Positions 59,527 through 64,000 of a stretch of DNA of 64,000 bases are shown in pieces; the stretch's first letter is position 1, and each line of letters opens with the position of its first letter. A program made the translations under genes and the position numbers. The DNA is from Macrostomum hystrix. Taxonomy: Eukaryota; Animalia; Platyhelminthes. The notes beneath the pieces are model-generated. The model worked only from the letters and a program-made list of their open reading frames with translations, had not been told where the DNA came from and made no database searches. The DNA lies in NCBI GenBank assembly GCA_950097015.1, contig CATNEN010000038.1, positions 31,310,001 through 31,374,000 of the forward strand, in the 5' to 3' direction.

Positions 59527-59928
59527 CTAGTTGTAGTGAATGAGGTCAATGTCCACCTCGTAGTCGGTTTGACCCTCGACCACAGGCACATTGTGCATCG
59601 TATCGTTCAGATAGTCGCCCTTCCTCAGTCTCTCCTGCTCTGTAGGCTTCCAGCCGACATTGATGGTGGCGGACACCGAGTACGCATTGGGTATGAAGCC
59701 GGTCTCCTGTCGCGGAGCTCCGGTCAGCGAGTAGGTCAGAGCTTGAGCACCGTTGCGGTTGTAGGACTCACTGATCTCAACCGAATTCTTGGCCAAGCTC
59801 ACAGCCGGTGCACCCATTAGAGACGTGTCCGACAGACCTACGTGCAGGTAGCTGGGCGATGGCAGGCTGGCCGGGTTGCTAGGCAACAGAATCCGGCCGT
59901 GCACAGTGATGGGAGAAAACTGAGCCAT
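59527..59928 (-). CDS. YbaY/YscW-like protein, copy 3
   Basis: Close paralog of copies 1 and 2. Confidence 0.75.
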   Translation of the reverse strand: MAQFSPITVHGRILLPSNPASLPSPSYLHVGLSDTSLMGAPAVSLAKNSVEISESYNRNGAQALTYSLTGAPRQETGFIPNAYSVSATINVGWKPTEQERLRKGDYLNDTMHNVPVVEGQTDYEVDIDLIHYN

Positions 59929-61047
59929 GCTGTTTTATTAACTAATAGAAGCGAGTTCTGCTAGTCTTATCCTAGAATTCTAATCACCCTTAAAACGGTG
60001 TCTGTTAGAGGAGGGCTTGTGGTCTGTTATAAACCCTAGCTTCAAACCTCTAGCTTCAAGCTCGGTTGGAAAAAATGAACCACATTGCCCCGCACAAGCA
60101 TTTCTGTTTGCTTTGCGCACACCCACACAGACGCACAATGTCCATGCCTATGTACGATAGTCAAGTAGATCTATATAGAAAGCCAGACTGAACGTACAGA
60201 CAAGTTAGTTTGGAATGTACACTCCATACTTGTGGGTTTGGAGAAATTTCTTTATTGATAACACGCAAACCCGATTTGGATTCGCAAAGATTTCACGGCA
60301 TTTCGCAGTCCGAGCACAAAATAAACTTGCTGAGTTGAATGAGTCTGAAAGATTAGATACTATTTATCTTTTATTGCCATGCAGTCAAGCTTATTGACAT
60401 TTGCGCTAGCTGTAACACTTCTAACAACCAATGTGTACGCGTATATAATTAGCAGGTAAAATAGTTATTTTAAGTTAGAAAAAAACACTTGATGTCAAGT
60501 TATACAGAAGAAAATTAATTGGCTTCAATCAGAAGACAAGGAGTCAGTAAAAGAAGACAATGAGAGTAGTGGGGTAGCCTATTAAATATAAAGATTTAAT
60601 AAAGGAACAGTTAATGAGTATTTATATTAGAATAATTGCAGCGTCATTGCTGAAAAAATTATTTTATATTTCGAAAACAAAATCGGTAATTTTCAAATTG
60701 GTTTTAGACAAAGCTTACAAAAAATGACATAAATGACATTTGGTTGGTCAAAAAATCATTCTAGAATCCATGCGAAAAGCGAGATAAAATTAAATTTACA
60801 GCCGTTAATATGTGCACACTGAGCACTAGATTGTGAAACAGCGTAGCTAAAAGACAGACAGAAAACAATTTCAGACAGGCAAAACAGGTGAACCAAGTAC
60901 AGGTTTAACTTTCCATTTATTCAATGATAAAAGCAATTGTGGTTTATGAAAATATTTAATACTGAGTTTGTTATGAGTCAAATAGAGCCTTATTATAGCG
61001 GCGCTAGTTTTCACTAAATATGACCGACTGTTTATTAACTGTCGGTG

Positions 61048-61630
61048 GGTGTGAGATTAGGGGAGATGTGCGAGATTAATGGACAGGTGCGAAATTAAGG
61101 GACAGGTGTGAGATGAAGGGACAGGTGTGAAATGAAGGGACGGGTGTGAGATGAAGGGACAGGTGTGAAATTAAGGGACGGGTGTGAGATGAAGGGCAGG
61201 TGTGAGATTAAGGAAGAGATGTGAGATGAAAGGAGAGACGTGAGATGAAGGGGCGGGTGTGAGATTAAGGGAGAGGTGTGAGATGAAAGAGAGGAATGAG
61301 ATGAAGGGAGATGTGTGAGATGAAGGGACAGTAGTGAGGTGAAGGGATAGGTGTGAGATGAAGGGAGAGGAGTGAGATGAAGCGAGACTAGTAAGATGAA
61401 GGGAGAGGTGTGAGATGAAGGGAAAGGTGTGAGATGAAGGGACAGTAGTGAGGTGAAGGGATAGGTGTGAGATGAAGGGAGGGGTGTGAGATGAAGGGAT
61501 AGGTGTGAGATGAAGGGAGAGGTGTGAGATGAAGGGAGAGGTGTGAGATGAAGGGAGAGGTGTGAGATGAAGGGAGAGGTGTGAGATGAAGGGAGAGGTG
61601 TGAGATAAAGGGAAAGGTCTGAGATAAAGT
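61048..61630. repeat. ~20-bp purine-rich minisatellite (GGTGTGAGATGAAGGGAGA)
   Basis: Tandem copies. Confidence 0.9.
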
Positions 61631-61909
61631 GAGAGAAGAAATTTTGAGAAGAGAATGAGCCCTAGAGAACAGAAAAAATTTAGGTGGTATTGCGGAAGTG
61701 AAGTAACGTGCTTGCCTCTCCGAACAAGAGGCAAGGTACCCGATTACTGCTATATCAGAATAACAGTATCTTAAAGGTTTCAAGACTCAATCTAAGCGTT
61801 TTAGCCGTAGAAAATCTATAAATTTCAAGCAAGTGAAGCTTGGCCATAGACAACGGGATGCAACGGTCCTCCCTGAACAAGCGCACTTAGCCGTTAATCA
61901 GCGGCTTGC

Positions 61910-62170
61910 CTATCTCTGCACAATGCACAGGCAGATCCACACTAGAAGGAACACGACGCAGACGAGGACACAGAGTACCAGAATGACGGATGGTGTGTCT
62001 AGTGGCACTGAATAGTCCAGCGTGCAGTTGTAGCCGTCGGCCTCATCGGAATGAAGCTCGGAGACGTTGAACGAATTCAACGGACGGAACAAAAGCGACA
62101 GCAGCAACAGCAGCAGCACTGCAACATTTGGAATTCGCGTAGAAATTTGGCAGACAGCGGCGGACATTGT
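61910..62170 (-). CDS. Putative small single-pass membrane protein
   Basis: Signal-like LLLLLL segment, N-glycosylation sequons (NVS, NCT), and a Cys/Val-rich TM helix; GC-rich island in AT-rich DNA. No family recognised. Confidence 0.4.
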   Translation of the reverse strand, partial: TMSAAVCQISTRIPNVAVLLLLLLSLLFRPLNSFNVSELHSDEADGYNCTLDYSVPLDTPSVILVLCVLVCVVFLLVWICLCIVQR

Positions 62171-63511
62171 ATGACAGATTTCTAAGAAGGCTAGCAATTA
62201 AACTACTCTTAGAAATTATATTCTCTTTGCGTGAACAAATAAACTAACGAAGAAATCAGAGCTGATCGTTAAAGTCTCAATCTTATCGCTTTTCAAACGC
62301 CCGAACGGAAGTGATTCGTGAGTGCGTGCGTGTGCAAACTTAAACCATCTGTGCATGGACGAGGGCAAGAAAAAGCTTAAGGAATCGGAGGTGGTCGTAA
62401 TAAATGATTCCTAAGACTAACGGCAAGGACATACCATCCCTACACAATATTTCCCTCTACCCCCACTTCACCCTATGGGGATTTTTACCGTTCCGCTTCC
62501 GTCCTCTTCGTGCGTGCGTGGTGGTTTTTTCGGGAAAATATTTCATGAAGCCGGCAGTGGCCTTGGTGTACTGGAATCTTCCCAAATCTTTTGCCGCCCC
62601 CTAGCCCAGTTCCCCATCCAAAATATGTAGAAAACAATAAACCTACGACACCTCCGGTAGTTTGAAAACCCAAAGTAAAGGACTGTTATGGTTCTTCATT
62701 TAGTGCTGCAAAAAACGGCGCCTATAATTGCCGATATGTTGCGAAAATCACAAAGCGTGAATATATATTCAGTTGGAATATAAAAGAAGATTAAATAGTA
62801 GACTAATTATCACATTTTAATTTTAAATCTACCAGTAGATGGCAACAAGTGATAAAAGTGATGACAAGTAAAACCTGACTGCTAGACAGGTCATATCTAT
62901 AGATGAAGGATGTATTGTGTAGTTAGTATATTTTCGTTATGTTTTGCTAATAAACACTAAATACACAACATACAAAGAATATCCACTAAAATATATATTT
63001 GGCGTCGTTGGGGAAACTCAATTAGCGATTGCGCCAAATACAATTAGAAACAAATTGTTCTCATTTTACATGTAGCTTGCTTCAAGGAAAATAGAAAAAA
63101 CTTTACCAAATTACTGTACACTAAAAAACTAAGGTAACAACAATTGACCAAATAATTCAAGAACAAGTTATCAAATCGAGTGTATAGATAGGCTACCTTC
63201 AAGTCGAGATGCTATTTTAAGATGTCTCAAACCCAATCTCAATTTCAACCCAGTGAAGAAACAATATCCAAACAATGGTAAAGCGCCATTTTCTGCGAAT
63301 TAATTTTCTGTAAATTACAGTAACAATAAACACGCGTTACAAAACAAGAAAAGAATCTAATTAAGTACACCTGCTTAAACAATCATCAATAGAATGTAAT
63401 TTGCGCCTTGAATTTTTTAGTTTACTTTTATCTGATTTAACAAGAAGTTGTAAATCCTGCACGACTTGCGATTAATAAAAAGGTAGGTAAGATAAGATAA
63501 GAATTAATAAA

Positions 63512-64000
63512 GGAGAGAGAGGAAAGGAGAGATGGTGGATGATAGAGAGGAGAGATGGAGGGTGAGAGAGAGGAGGGATGGAGGGTGAGAGAGGAGAGAC
63601 AGAAAGTGGGAAAGGAGAGATGGTGGGTGAGAGAGAGGAGGGATGGAGGGTGAGAGAGAGGAGGGATGGAGGGTGAGAGAGGAGAGACAGAGGGTGGGAA
63701 AGGAGAGATGGTGGGTGAGAGAGAAGAGATGGAGGGTGAGAGAGAGGAGGGATGGAGGGTGAGAGAGGAGAGATGGATGGTGAGAGAGAGGAGGGATGGA
63801 GGGTGAGAGAGGAGAGACAGAAAGTGGGAAAGGAGAGATGGTGGGTGAGAGAGAGGAGGGATGGAGGGTGAGAGAGAGGAGGGATGGAGGGTGAGAGAGG
63901 AGAGACAGAGGGTGGGAAAGGAGAGATGGTGGGTGAGAGAGAAGAGATGGAGGGTGAGAGAGGAGAGATGGAGGGTGAGAGAGGAGAGACAGAGGGTGGG
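63512..64000. repeat. GA-rich compound tandem repeat
   Basis: GATGGAGGGTGAGAGAGGAG units continuing to the window end. Confidence 0.9.

Noticed and set aside
61700-61745. Peptide CSERQARYF resembling CSDE1, and hairpin CTTGCCTCT...AGAGGCAAG
   Set aside because: Too short, the surrounding frame runs into a minisatellite, and no other CSD residues are present. The hairpin alone is not diagnostic.

Overview
Eukaryotic (animal) genomic DNA, most consistent with a macrostomid flatworm such as Macrostomum. This is an inference from GC-rich exons, introns packed with 13-35 bp minisatellites, and spliced-leader (SL) signatures. From right to left on the minus strand lie five spliced genes: mitochondrial EF-Tu (TUFM), Elongin A, EFTUD2/Snu114, an SLC10 bile-acid:Na+ symporter, and an ACK/TNK2-like pseudokinase that runs off the window. 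A young, intact 8.7 kb Ty3/Gypsy LTR retrotransposon sits between TUFM and Elongin A. The right half holds PET117, an intronless ~1000 aa protein with an internally duplicated RRM-like module, an apple/LamG-like secreted protein, three tandem YbaY/YscW-like genes of probable bacterial origin, and decayed LINE, mariner, MITE and tRNA-SINE copies. The main candidate for a new system is the retrotransposon. Each LTR carries a 44-nt ATG-terminated sequence closely resembling the Macrostomum SL exon (compared from memory) at the likely transcription start, and its Gag carries a cold-shock domain after the zinc knuckle. Independently, the neighbouring EFTUD2 gene has no in-frame ATG at its conserved N-terminus and appears to get it from the SL's terminal AUG. 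Exon and repeat coordinates were read by hand; repeat edges are approximate.
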